Assembly (NCBI GenBank): GCA_024707225.1
Contig: JANQAE010000001.1
Coordinates: forward strand, 1,793,387 to 1,857,386
Length of the DNA stretch: 64,000 nucleotides
Source: Dokdonella sp.
GTDB lineage: Bacteria; Pseudomonadota; Gammaproteobacteria; Xanthomonadales; Rhodanobacteraceae
Direction: 5' to 3'
Below the pieces are notes generated by a model. It was not told the origin of the DNA, ran no database searches, and saw only the letters and a program-made list of their open reading frames with translations. Below are positions 50,001 to 62,759 of this stretch, piece by piece. The translations under genes were made by a program, and so were the position numbers. The first letter of the stretch is position 1. Every line of letters starts with the position of its first letter.

Positions 50001-50159
50001 CTGTTGCCGGTCGCGCTGCAGAGCCGCGAGGCCGGCCACGAGATCGAAGGCCCGATGGCGATCGTGCTGCTCGGCGGCCTGGTCTCCTCGACCCTGGTCA
50101 GCCTGCTGCTGATTCCGCCGCTGGCGGTGCGCTGGCTGCGCATGGCGCCGGCGCGCTGA
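47088..50159 (+). CDS. HME-type (CusA/CzcA-like) RND transporter (two apparent frameshifts near 48655 and 49560)
   Basis: FDVFPDFAPP.V.VQIEAPGL, NTMTLGGL...VVDDAVIDVENI, EAGHEIEGPMAIVLLGGL. Confidence 0.88.
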
Positions 50160-50226
50160 CCGCGCCGAAACCGCGGCGCGCGGACGTCCGCTGTCCGCAC
50201 GCCGCATCCACCACCACGGGGGAACC

Positions 50227-51881
50227 TCAGTCGAAACCTTCGGCCAGCAGCGATTCGGGCACGCCGGCCGATCCGCGCAGGTACAGCTGGGCCAGGCTGC
50301 TGATGCCCTGCACGTTGACGCGCACCAGCACACGGCCGTTGCTGCTGGCCCAGCCGTCCTCGCCGAGATAGTTCTGATCGATCAGGCCGGACGTGGTGAC
50401 CGAGGTCACCACACGGTCCTCCGGGCCGGTCGCGGTCGGCACCTTGACCAGGTCGCCCGGTCCGAGCTCGCGCACCGGCGCCGCGCCGGGGCGCAGCCGC
50501 CAGATGCCGCGCTCGTTCGGGTTGCCGACCTCGCCGAAGATCAGCACCTCGCCGCTGTCGAGCACCTGCGTGCGGTGGAACTCGCGCCACGGCCGGCCCG
50601 GCGCGGCGGCGTAGCTGCCGGTGTCGCCGACGATCGCGATCGGCTCCGGCGGCAGGCCCGGCACCAGGCGCCAGACGCCGGCGGTCGAACTGGTGCCGGC
50701 GATCGGCTTGATCGTCGTGCGCAGCAGGCCGTAGCGCCCGGCGCGGCCAGCTCGGTCGGTGCGCCGGTCGCGTTGAACACATAGCCGCTGTAGCCCGGGC
50801 CGAGGCTGCCCTCCACGTTGTACAGATAGACCGGCGCGTTCTGTCCGTCGGCGTGCAGGAAGCCGCCGTTGCTCGAGCCGTTCGGCGAGCTCACGCGCGC
50901 CCAGAAGTAGAACGCGTCGCGATGCGCCGGGCGGATCGCGCCGAACTCGCTGAACGTGTAGGAGGTGTCGTTCATCCCCGGCCCGAGGCTGCCGGTCACC
51001 GCCGCACGCGCCTGCACTTGCGGCGCGCCGCGGCACAGCGAGAAAATCCCGCGGCCGTTGGTCCCGCTTTCGCGGAACGCGGCGGCGACGTAGACCTCGC
51101 CACGGCTACCGACCACCGGCATGTCGATCGTGTAGCTGCCGCTGTCGTAGAACACCGCCGAGCCGATGCCGGGCGCATAGGCGGGTTCGTTCGATCCCTC
51201 CAGCAAGCAGGCGCGATTGCCGACCCCTCCCTGATGCAGGATCACCGCGTGCAGCGAGCCGGTCACGGTCGCATCGATCAGGACCCGCTGTCCCGGCAGT
51301 GCGCGTGCGCGCGGGTAGCCGGTGCTGGTGGTCGTGCCGAGATTCGTGAACACGACGCCGGCACCGAGGCCGGGGCCGAGCGCCCCTTCGGTATTGAGCC
51401 GCGCGATCTCGGCATTGGCCGAGCCGTTCCACATCCATACGCCGTAGGTCGCCGCATCGGCCGGCTGGGTCGGCTCGCCGGCGCGCGCGCCGAAGACGCG
51501 ATGGGCCTGGCCGCTCGAATCCTGCTTCTGGAACAGCGTGCGGAACACGTGGCCGGCCTCGCCGCCGCTGCGGCCCGGCCCGGTCGCGCCGGTGGCCATG
51601 TTCTCGGCGATCGGCGTCAACGTGCCGTTGCGCTCGGCCCACAGCGAGAACGGGCCGGCGCTGCCGGCGTTGCGCGCGAAGCCGAGGGCGCCGTTGCCAC
51701 CGCTGGCCAGCGAGGCCCATTCCAGATCGAAACCGGTCGCCGAAGGCAGCAGCGGCGGGATGGCCAGGCCCGAGTCGGTGTCGGCGGCGACGACGCGCCA
51801 GTCGGGGGCGGCCTGAGCGGCCGGTCCGCCGAGCGCGAGCGCGCAGGCGACGGCCAGGCCGGCGGGAAGGGTGCGGGACAT
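50227..51881 (-). CDS. Secreted tandem-repeat (beta-propeller-like) protein with C-terminal ESLLAEGFD tail (apparent frameshift near 50745)
   Basis: Signal peptide MSRTLPAGLAVACALALGGPAAQA; a [GA]PG-x4-6-F unit recurs about six times at roughly 60-aa spacing; C-terminal part is in ORF 50227..51036. Confidence 0.72.
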
Positions 51882-52026
51882 CAGGGGTTCTCCATGTCGA
51901 TCGATCGGGTGCTGCCCGCCGCGCGGCCGCACCGGCGACGGGATACCGGTGGCGGCCGCTGCGGCGAGCAGGGCGGCGGCAGTCTAGGCAGCGCGCCGGT
52001 CCGGGTCGGCACGGATCGGCACCGGC

Positions 52027-52046
52027 GCGGTAACGAAGCGGTAACG
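52027..52046. promoter_or_regulatory. Tandem direct repeat, 11-bp period (OmpR/CadC wHTH-type site)
   Basis: GCGGTAACG-AA-GCGGTAACG in the divergent intergenic region. Confidence 0.6.
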
Positions 52047-52161
52047 GCATCGATCCGGCATGCCGCTGCGATGACGGATCGATGATTCAACTGAGACAGT
52101 GCGCCGCGCGACGCAGACAGGGGTGGCTGCGCGCGCGGCTCGGACATGAGGCGGAAGAACG

Positions 52162-54945
52162 ATGAAAGACACCCCATTCCCGCGTGAGCAGACCTGCTAT
52201 CGCTACCGGTTCGGCACGGCGGAATTCGACGAGGCGACCTACGAGCTGCGCGTGGCCGGACTGCGCGTGGAGGTCGAGCGGCGCGCGCTGGAGGTGCTGG
52301 CCTGCCTGCTGCGCCACGCCGGCGAGGTGGTCACCAAGGAAGAACTGTTCGCCGAGGTCTGGGCCGGCCGCGTCACCGTCGACAAGGTGCTGCCGAACGC
52401 GATCGCCAAGCTGCGCCGCGCGCTCGGCGAAGCCAATGCCGAGCTGCTGACGACGCAGGCCCGGATCGGCTACCGCCTGAGCGGCCTGATCGAGCGCGTC
52501 GCGATCGGCCGCACCCTGCCCAATCCGCTCGCGCTGCGCGCCGGCCAGCCGGTGCCGGGCCGCGAGAACTTCATCCTGCGCCGTCAGCTCGGCGGCCATC
52601 ACGACAGCGAGGTCTGGCTGGCCGAGCACGCCAAGACGCACGAGAAGCGCGTCTACAAGTTCGCGGTCGGCGACGACCGGCTCAAGGCGCTCAAGCGCGA
52701 GGCGACACTGGCGCGCGTGCTGCAGGAGAGCCTGGAAGGGCCGCGCCCGTTCGTCGACCTGATCGACTGGAACTTCGAGAGCGCGCCGTTCTTCCTCGAA
52801 TGCGGCTACGGCGGCCAGAGCCTGCAGGCCTGGGCCGAGCACGCGCTGGCGGCGCTGCCGACGGACGAGCGGCTCGCGCTGTTTCTCGACGTCGCCGACG
52901 CGGTCGCGGCCGCGCACGCGGTCGGCGTGCTGCACAAGGACCTCAAACCCGCCAACGTGCTGGTCGAGACCGACGGCGACCGGCGCCGCGTGCGCCTGAC
53001 CGACTTCGGCAGCGGCCGCATGCTCGATCCGGACCGCATCGAGGAGCTCGGCATCACGCGTTTCGGCCTGTCGGCGACCCAGCACCTGGCCGCCGACTCC
53101 TCGTCCGGCACGCCGCTGTACCTGGCGCCGGAGGTGTTCGCCGGATACGCCTCGACCGTGCGCAGCGACGTCTACGCGCTCGGCGTGATGCTCTACCAGC
53201 TGGTCGCCGGCCAGATCGCCAAGCCGATGGCGTCGGGCTGGGAGCAGGACGTCGACGACCCGCTGCTGCGCGAGGACATCGCGCAGGCCACGCACGGCGA
53301 CCCGGCGCAGCGCCTGGGCAGTGCCGCGGAACTGGCCGCTCGCCTGCGCGCATTGCCGGCCCGGCATGCCGCGAACCGGCGCGCGCGCGAGGCCGCGGCG
53401 CAGGCCGCGCGCGAGCACGAGTCGCTGGCACGCAGCCGCGCGCGGCGTCCGTATCTGGTCGCACTCGTCGCGGTGCTGGTCGCCGGCGTGGTCAGCGCGC
53501 TGGCGCTGTACCGCGCCGCCGTACAGGCGCGTGACCAGGCCGAGCGCGAGCTGGCCTCGGCGGTCGCGATCAACCGCTTCCTCAACGAGGACCTGATCAG
53601 CCGCGCCAATCCGCTGGTCGTCGCCAAGGGCCAGGGCGCGACGCTGCAGGACGTTCTGGTCGGCGCGCGCGAGCGCATCGCCGGCCGCTTCGCCGGGCAG
53701 CCGCTGGTCGAGGCCTCGATCCGCAGCAGCCTGAGCGCCCTGTTCAACACGATCGAGCGCCTGCCCGACGCCGAGGACGAGGCGCGCCGCGCGCTGGCGC
53801 TGTACGAGCGCGAGGAAGGCCCGTCCAGCCTCGACGCGCTGAAGGCGCGCGGCGTGCTGATCCGCCTGCTGACGCGCACCGCCAAGTTCGACGAATGCCT
53901 GCGCGAGCTGCAGACCTTCGATCGTTTGTTGGAAAGCTCGACCGAGCCGTATGCGGCGTACCTGCAAGCCTACGCCTGGGGCATCTACCACATGAACCGC
54001 GGCGACTACGCCAAGGCCCTGCCCGAATACCGCAAGGCGATCCCGGAGCTGGCCGAACTCGAACCGCGCAACCGCATCCTGCGCGATTCGCTGCGCATGG
54101 ACCTGATCGGCGCGCTGACCCAGACCGGCCAGCTCGACGAAGCGCGCCGCGAGGGCGAGGCGCTGATCGCCGAGATGCGCGGACGCGGCGACGAGAACGG
54201 TCTGACGATCGCGTTCGCGCGCGCGGCGGTCGCGCGCACCTGGACGCTCGAGGGCGACTACGAAACCGCGCAGACCCAGCTGCTCGACGCGCAGAAGACG
54301 ATCGTCGCGCTGCTCGGACCGGAGCACACGCGCAATCTGATGGTGCTGAGCGATCTGTTCGACATCGCGATGCGCCGCCAGGACTGGCCGGCCGCGCTCG
54401 GCTACGCGCAGCGCGTGCACGAAGGCTTCCGCGCCAAGCTCGGCGAGGGCCACAACGTCAGCGACGCGACGCTGGCCAACTGGGGTCAGGCGCTGTACGA
54501 GAGCGGCGACGCGGCCGGCGCCTATGCGCGCCTGGCGCCGGCTCAGCAGCGCCTGGCCGAGCGGCTATCGGCCGACAATCCGCAGACCCAGCTCGCCGGC
54601 TTCTGGACCGCAGCGGCCGCCGTCGAGACCGGCCGGCTCGACGCGGCCGAGGCGATCATGGCGACGTTGAAGGCCGACACGCTCGAGGCCGGTGCAGGCG
54701 ATGGCTTGTGGACCTACCGCCTCGACGCGCTGCGAGGCCTGCTCGCGGCCGCGCGCGGCGGCCGCGATGAGGCCGGCATCGCGCTGCGCAGCGCATTGGC
54801 CGGCATCGAGAACCACGACGGCCCGCCGAGCCGCGTGTTCGACGCCGCACGCCGCGCACTGGCCGGCGGTGACGCGGCCAACGGCGCTTCCGTGCCAGCG
54901 GCGCGCGCCGCACAATCGCCGCTTTCCCGCGAGAGCCTGCCATGA
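52162..54945 (+). CDS. CadC/OmpR-type wHTH - Ser/Thr kinase - TM - TPR fusion protein
   Basis: Trans_reg_C (VVTKEELFAEVW...AIAKLRRALG...GYRL); kinase VYK, HKDLKPANVL, TDFGSG, GTPLYLAPE, SDVYALG; TM YLVALVAVLVAGVVSALAL; helical repeats. Confidence 0.92.
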   Translation: MKDTPFPREQTCYRYRFGTAEFDEATYELRVAGLRVEVERRALEVLACLLRHAGEVVTKEELFAEVWAGRVTVDKVLPNAIAKLRRALGEANAELLTTQARIGYRLSGLIERVAIGRTLPNPLALRAGQPVPGRENFILRRQLGGHHDSEVWLAEHAKTHEKRVYKFAVGDDRLKALKREATLARVLQESLEGPRPFVDLIDWNFESAPFFLECGYGGQSLQAWAEHALAALPTDERLALFLDVADAVAAAHAVGVLHKDLKPANVLVETDGDRRRVRLTDFGSGRMLDPDRIEELGITRFGLSATQHLAADSSSGTPLYLAPEVFAGYASTVRSDVYALGVMLYQLVAGQIAKPMASGWEQDVDDPLLREDIAQATHGDPAQRLGSAAELAARLRALPARHAANRRAREAAAQAAREHESLARSRARRPYLVALVAVLVAGVVSALALYRAAVQARDQAERELASAVAINRFLNEDLISRANPLVVAKGQGATLQDVLVGARERIAGRFAGQPLVEASIRSSLSALFNTIERLPDAEDEARRALALYEREEGPSSLDALKARGVLIRLLTRTAKFDECLRELQTFDRLLESSTEPYAAYLQAYAWGIYHMNRGDYAKALPEYRKAIPELAELEPRNRILRDSLRMDLIGALTQTGQLDEARREGEALIAEMRGRGDENGLTIAFARAAVARTWTLEGDYETAQTQLLDAQKTIVALLGPEHTRNLMVLSDLFDIAMRRQDWPAALGYAQRVHEGFRAKLGEGHNVSDATLANWGQALYESGDAAGAYARLAPAQQRLAERLSADNPQTQLAGFWTAAAAVETGRLDAAEAIMATLKADTLEAGAGDGLWTYRLDALRGLLAAARGGRDEAGIALRSALAGIENHDGPPSRVFDAARRALAGGDAANGASVPAARAAQSPLSRESLP

Positions 54946-55629
54946 CCTACGCCTTCCCCGCACCGCCGATCGCCAGCGTGCCGATCGCCGGCGAAGCCGA
55001 GCGCTTCCCGGTGCACCGGATCTACTGCATCGGCCGCAACTACGCCGATCATGCGCGCGAGATGGGCGCAACCGCCGGACCGCTCGCAGCCGGTGTTCTT
55101 CATGAAGCCGGCCGACGCGATCGTGACCGACGGGGCCGACGTGCCGTATCCGCAGGCGACCGGGGATCTGCATCACGAGGTCGAGATGGTTGTCGCGCTC
55201 GGCGCCGGCGGTCGCGACATCGCGGCCGCCGACGCGCTCGGCTGCGTGTTCGGCTACGGCGTCGGCCTGGACCTGACGCGACGCGATCTGCAGGCGCGCG
55301 CGAAGGCCGGGGGCCTGCCGTGGGACGTCGCCAAGGGCTTCGACCATTCCGCGCCGGTCTCGGCGCTGCATCGTGCGGCAGCGATCGGCCATCCGGCACG
55401 CGGCGCGCTGACGCTGCACGTCGGCGGTGCGCTGCGCCAGAACGGCGACGTCGCCGACATGGTGTTCAGCGTCGCCGAGGTCATCCACGAGCTATCGCGG
55501 CTGTACGAATTGCGCGCCGGCGATCTGATCTTCACCGGCACGCCGGCCGGCGTCGCGGCGTTGCAACGCGGCGACGTCTTCGTCGCGGCGCTGGACGGCG
55601 TCGCGACGCTCGAGGGCCGCGTCGTCTGA
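54942..55629 (+). CDS. Fumarylacetoacetate hydrolase family protein (apparent frameshift near 55072)
   Basis: RIYCIGRNYADHARE, FFMKP, LHHEVE, GLDLTRRDLQ, AKGFD, GDLIFTGTPAGV. Confidence 0.92.
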
Positions 55630-55651
55630 GGCCGCCCCGCTTTGAGTGCAC

Positions 55652-55680
55652 GCAGCCGGTACCGGCGAGGTACCGGCTGC
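55652..55680. terminator. Hairpin between convergent FAH and czcA genes
   Basis: GCAGCCGGTACC-GGCGA-GGTACCGGCTGC forms a 12-bp stem; no U-tract. Confidence 0.4.
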
Positions 55681-55859
55681 GGATCACGCATCGAACCGGC
55701 AGCGTCCCGTCGGCGCATCACGCCGCCGCGCATCCGGTACGGCGCCGCCAGCACGAGCGGCCGGACAGCCCTCGCCGCGTTCGAGCGCCACATCGTCCGA
55801 CGCCCCGGCCCTGACGACACGCAGCCGGCACCGGCGAGGCACCGGCCGCGTGCGATGCC

Positions 55860-59056
<3,197 letters not shown>

Positions 59057-59067
<11 letters not shown>

Positions 59068-60322
59068 GGGCGGCCCCCGATTTCTCGAGGTCGGCCTTGA
59101 CCAGATAGCTCTGTTCGACGACGACGATGTCGCCGGTCGCGACGCCGGCGCGGATCTCGACCTGGCGGTCGTCGCGCTTGCCGAGCTCGACCGGACGCAC
59201 CTCGTAGGTATCGCCGACGCGCACGAACACCACGTCCCAGTCGCGGAAGGTCTGCAGCGCCGACAGCGGCACGACGCGCTCGGCCGGCTGCTGCTCGACG
59301 GTGATGCGCGCGCGCACGGCCGAGCCGGGCCGCCACAGGCCGTCGGCGTTGTCGAGGCTGGCGCGCGCGACCGTGCTCTGGCTCGCGGTCGCGGTGCCGG
59401 GCAGGATCCGGTCGAGCACGGTCTGCGCGGCGACGCCGTCGCTCATCCGCGTGACCGTGACCGGCACGCCGGGGCGCAGATGCTGCGCGTCGGCGCCGAA
59501 CACGTGCAGGTCGACCCAGATCGTCGACAGGTCCGCGATCTCGAACAGCGCCATGCCTTCGCTGGCGACGCCGCCGACGGTCGCCTGGCGCGACAGCACG
59601 GTGCCGGCGATCGGCGTGGTCACCGCATAGTCGGTCAGGCTGAGATTGCTCTCGATCGTCGCCAGCCGCTGGCCGGCCCGGACGCGGTCGCCGACCTGCG
59701 CGTCGAGCCGGCGGATCGGACCCGGGAACCGCGCCATGACGGTCGCGGTGCGTCCCTCCACCGGCGTCAGCAGGCCCTGCATCTCGTGCTCGTCGGCGAT
59801 GACGCCGGGACCGACCGCCGCGACGCGGATACCGGCTTCCTCGGCGATCGCCGGCTCGATCCGCGTGCGGCCCTCGTAGCTCTCGTAGGCGAAGCGCAGC
59901 GGCTCGCCGTCGATCGTCGCCTCGACCAGGACGTCGAACGAATGCGGCTCGGCGACGACGTCGGCGCCGCCGAGACTGCCGTCGGCCTGCGCGCTCAGCA
60001 GATGACGTTCGACCGCGCCGCCCAGCCGGGTCAGCGTGACCTCGACGCGGCCGGCGCCCGGCGGCAGCGGCTTGCCGTCGCGATACAGCCAGGCCCGGAA
60101 GCGCGGTGGCGCGCCGTCCTCGGCGATCGCCAGCTCGACCGCGCGGCCGTGCGTCTCGAGCAGTCTGCCGCCGTGCGTGCCTTCGGCAGCGTCGTCGTGT
60201 CCGGCCTCGGCATGGCCATCGCCGTGCGCATGGCCATGTGCGTCGGCCGGTCCGCCGGCGCGGCCGCAGCCGGCCAGCAGCAGCACGGCCGCGCAGATCA
60301 GCATCGAAGGAAACGATTTCAT
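59057..60322 (-). CDS. czcB: CzcB-type periplasmic adaptor with His-rich linker
   Basis: Lipobox LLAGC, HGHAHGDGHAEAGHDD, EGTHGGRLL, GLWRPGSAV, VVEQSYLVKADLEKS. Confidence 0.9.
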
Positions 60323-61596
60323 GGCGTGGCTCCTGCAACGGTGGACGCGGCGAGCACGGATTGCCCGGTCAGGCGCTGGATCTCGATCAGGGCCTGCTGC
60401 GCCGCGAGCGCGGCCTGCAGGCGCTGCATCAGTGCGCGGGTGTGCTCGGACTGGATCTGCGCGAGCTCCAGATAGCTCGCGGCGCCGCCGGCATAGGCGC
60501 GCTCGGCCGCGGCGACGCCGCGGACCAGCAGCGGCACCACGTCGCGCTGCAACCGCTCGACCTCCAGCTGCGCGACCCGGTAGCGGCCGTGCGCGTCGGC
60601 CAGCGTCGCGTACAACGAGAGCGCGCGCGACTCGCGCTCGATCTCCAGCGCGCCGAGCTCGGCCTCGGCCGCACGGATGCCCGGCGCGGCGCGACGCGCG
60701 GCACCGAGCGGAATCGACACACCGCCGACCAGGGCCACGTCGCCGTCGGCCTGCAGCCGGCGCACGCCGATCTGCCAGCTCGCATCGGGCCGCTCTTCGG
60801 TGCGCGCCAGCCGCAGCCGCGCCTCGCCGATGCGCCGCTCGTCGGCGAAGCGCGCGATCTCCGGCGTGCGTTCGATCAGCTCGGCGAGCCGGTCGAACCC
60901 CGCGATCGCCGGCAGCGCCAGCGGATCGGCCGGCGCCAGCTCGAAGCGCGGCGCGCGCTCGCCCCACAGCGCGGCCAGTGCCTGCCGCGCGGCCAGGCCG
61001 TGCTGCTCGGCACGCGCCGCGCCGAGCTCGGCCTGGGCGAGGGCCGCGCGCGCGGCCAGCACGACCGCCTCCGGCGAGGCACCGGCGCGCAGGCGCCGCT
61101 CGGCGGCGGCCAGCGCCTGCGTGCGCTGCGCGATGTCGGTCTGCGCGATCGCGGCCTCGCCCTGCGCGCCGACCGCGGCCAGATAGCGCCGCGCGACCTC
61201 GGCGAGCAGGTCGAGGCGGCGGCCTTCGCGCTCGACCGCGAGCGCGTCGATGCGGCTCTGCGCGAGCACGCGGCGCGCATCGAGCTTGCCGCCGCGTTCG
61301 AACACGGCGGCCAGCGTCAGCGTGAGTTCGGCACCGGACAGGCCGCGGGTCTGGCCGCTGCCGAAGGCGTTTTCGAGCGTCGCGCCGGCGGTCGGCGCCG
61401 GCGCCAGCGCGGCCTGATCGCGCTCGGCCTCGCGCTGCGCCTGCAGCGCGCCGAACAGGCGCAGATCCGGGTGCAGCGCATCGACGCGCGCGATCGCATC
61501 GTCGAGGCCGAGCCGCTCGGCGGCACGGGCGGGAGGAGACGCGGCCGCGCACGCGACCGCCATACACGCGGCAAGCGCCGCGATTCGCACAGACAT
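60319..61596 (-). CDS. czcC: CzcC/TolC-family outer-membrane factor
   Basis: Signal peptide; FERGGKLDAR, RPDASWQIGVRRL, VSIPL; first large gene of the czc-like operon. Confidence 0.88.
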   Translation of the reverse strand: MSVRIAALAACMAVACAAASPPARAAERLGLDDAIARVDALHPDLRLFGALQAQREAERDQAALAPAPTAGATLENAFGSGQTRGLSGAELTLTLAAVFERGGKLDARRVLAQSRIDALAVEREGRRLDLLAEVARRYLAAVGAQGEAAIAQTDIAQRTQALAAAERRLRAGASPEAVVLAARAALAQAELGAARAEQHGLAARQALAALWGERAPRFELAPADPLALPAIAGFDRLAELIERTPEIARFADERRIGEARLRLARTEERPDASWQIGVRRLQADGDVALVGGVSIPLGAARRAAPGIRAAEAELGALEIERESRALSLYATLADAHGRYRVAQLEVERLQRDVVPLLVRGVAAAERAYAGGAASYLELAQIQSEHTRALMQRLQAALAAQQALIEIQRLTGQSVLAASTVAGATP

Positions 61597-61653
61597 GGGA
61601 ACACTCCGTCGTGAAGAGAACGCGTGAACGCCGGCACTGGCCGGCAGGCGGCT

Positions 61654-62049
61654 CTAGACGAGGATCGGAGGTCGGTACGGAGCGCCGCGGCCGGCGTCGC
61701 GGCGCAGCGCATCGGGCGCACGCGACGGCGCGGCGGCAGCCGGCATCGCGGCCGGCAGGACGATCACGGCGGCGCTCGGCACGCTGGCCTGCCCGCAGCA
61801 GTGCGCCAGATGCAGCACGTCGTGCAGGATCGAGGGCAGGTCCGGCTCATCGGCGACGGCCGGCAGCGGCGCGTCGTACGCGGCGTGATCGTGGCCGTGG
61901 CCGACCTGGCTGGCGGCCACGTCGTGCACGGCGTGATGGATGTCGGCCAGCCGCGCCAGCAGCGGCTGCGCGGCCACGCACAGCACGAGCCAGGCCAGCG
62001 CGAGCACGCGCAGGCGACCGGGCAGTCCGTGGAGGCGTCGGATCGACAT
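61654..62049 (-). CDS. Small His/Cys-rich exported protein upstream of czcCBA (CzcI-like)
   Basis: Hydrophobic N-terminus, HHAVH, GHGHDH, HLAHCCG, C-terminal PYRPPI. Confidence 0.7.
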   Translation of the reverse strand: MSIRRLHGLPGRLRVLALAWLVLCVAAQPLLARLADIHHAVHDVAASQVGHGHDHAAYDAPLPAVADEPDLPSILHDVLHLAHCCGQASVPSAAVIVLPAAMPAAAAPSRAPDALRRDAGRGAPYRPPILV

Positions 62050-62213
62050 CGGCCGGCACGGTAGCCGATCGGGCCGAAGCTACACAATCACGCAGCGGCC
62101 GGCCGGGAGCGGCACGACGACGCAGCGGCGTACGGGTGTGCGCATCGCCGTGACGGCGTTAGAGTAGCCACCGCCGCCGAGCGCGGCCCCATTCACCGAC
62201 CGAGAGGGATGCC

Positions 62214-62633
62214 ATGAGCTTCTTCAGTGAATTCAAGACATTCGCGATGCGCGGCAACGTGATCGATCTCGCCGTCGGCGTCGTCATCGGCGGCGCGTTC
62301 GGCAAGATCGTCTCGTCCCTGGTCGATCAGGTCATCATGCCGCCGATCGGCTACCTGATCGGCGGCATCGACTTCTCGGCCTACAAGCTGGTCCTGGTGC
62401 AGGCCGGCGCCGACGGCAAGGGCGAGGTCGCGATCCAGTACGGCGCGTTCTTCAATACGATGATCCAGTTCATCATCATCGCGTTCGCGATCTTCCTGGT
62501 CATCAAGGCGATCAACCGCCTCAACCGCAAGGAAGAGGCCGCGCCAGCGGCGCCGCCGGCCGACGTCGTGCTGCTGACCGAGATCCGCGATCTGCTCAAG
62601 GCCGGCCAGCCGATCGGCAAACCGCCGCTCTGA
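62214..62633 (+). CDS. mscL: Large-conductance mechanosensitive channel
   Basis: [32 protein letters not shown]...YGAF...[10 protein letters not shown]. Confidence 0.97.
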   Translation: MSFFSEFKTFAMRGNVIDLAVGVVIGGAFGKIVSSLVDQVIMPPIGYLIGGIDFSAYKLVLVQAGADGKGEVAIQYGAFFNTMIQFIIIAFAIFLVIKAINRLNRKEEAAPAAPPADVVLLTEIRDLLKAGQPIGKPPL

Positions 62634-62698
62634 AGCCGCGGCGATCGCCGCGCGAGCACTCGCTTTGCTTGGCAACCGGCCGAGCGCTCGCCAAAAGC

Positions 62699-62729
62699 GG
62701 CGGGACGCGCGCCGGGCGCGCGTCCCGCC
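62699..62729 (-). terminator. Probable intrinsic terminator between mscL and the BNR protein gene
   Basis: GGCGGGACGCGCGC-CGG-GCGCGCGTCCCGCC forms a 14-bp stem, followed on the minus strand by GCTTTT. Confidence 0.55.
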
Positions 62730-62759
62730 CCCTCCTCCCCAACGTGATGCGGCGCGCCG

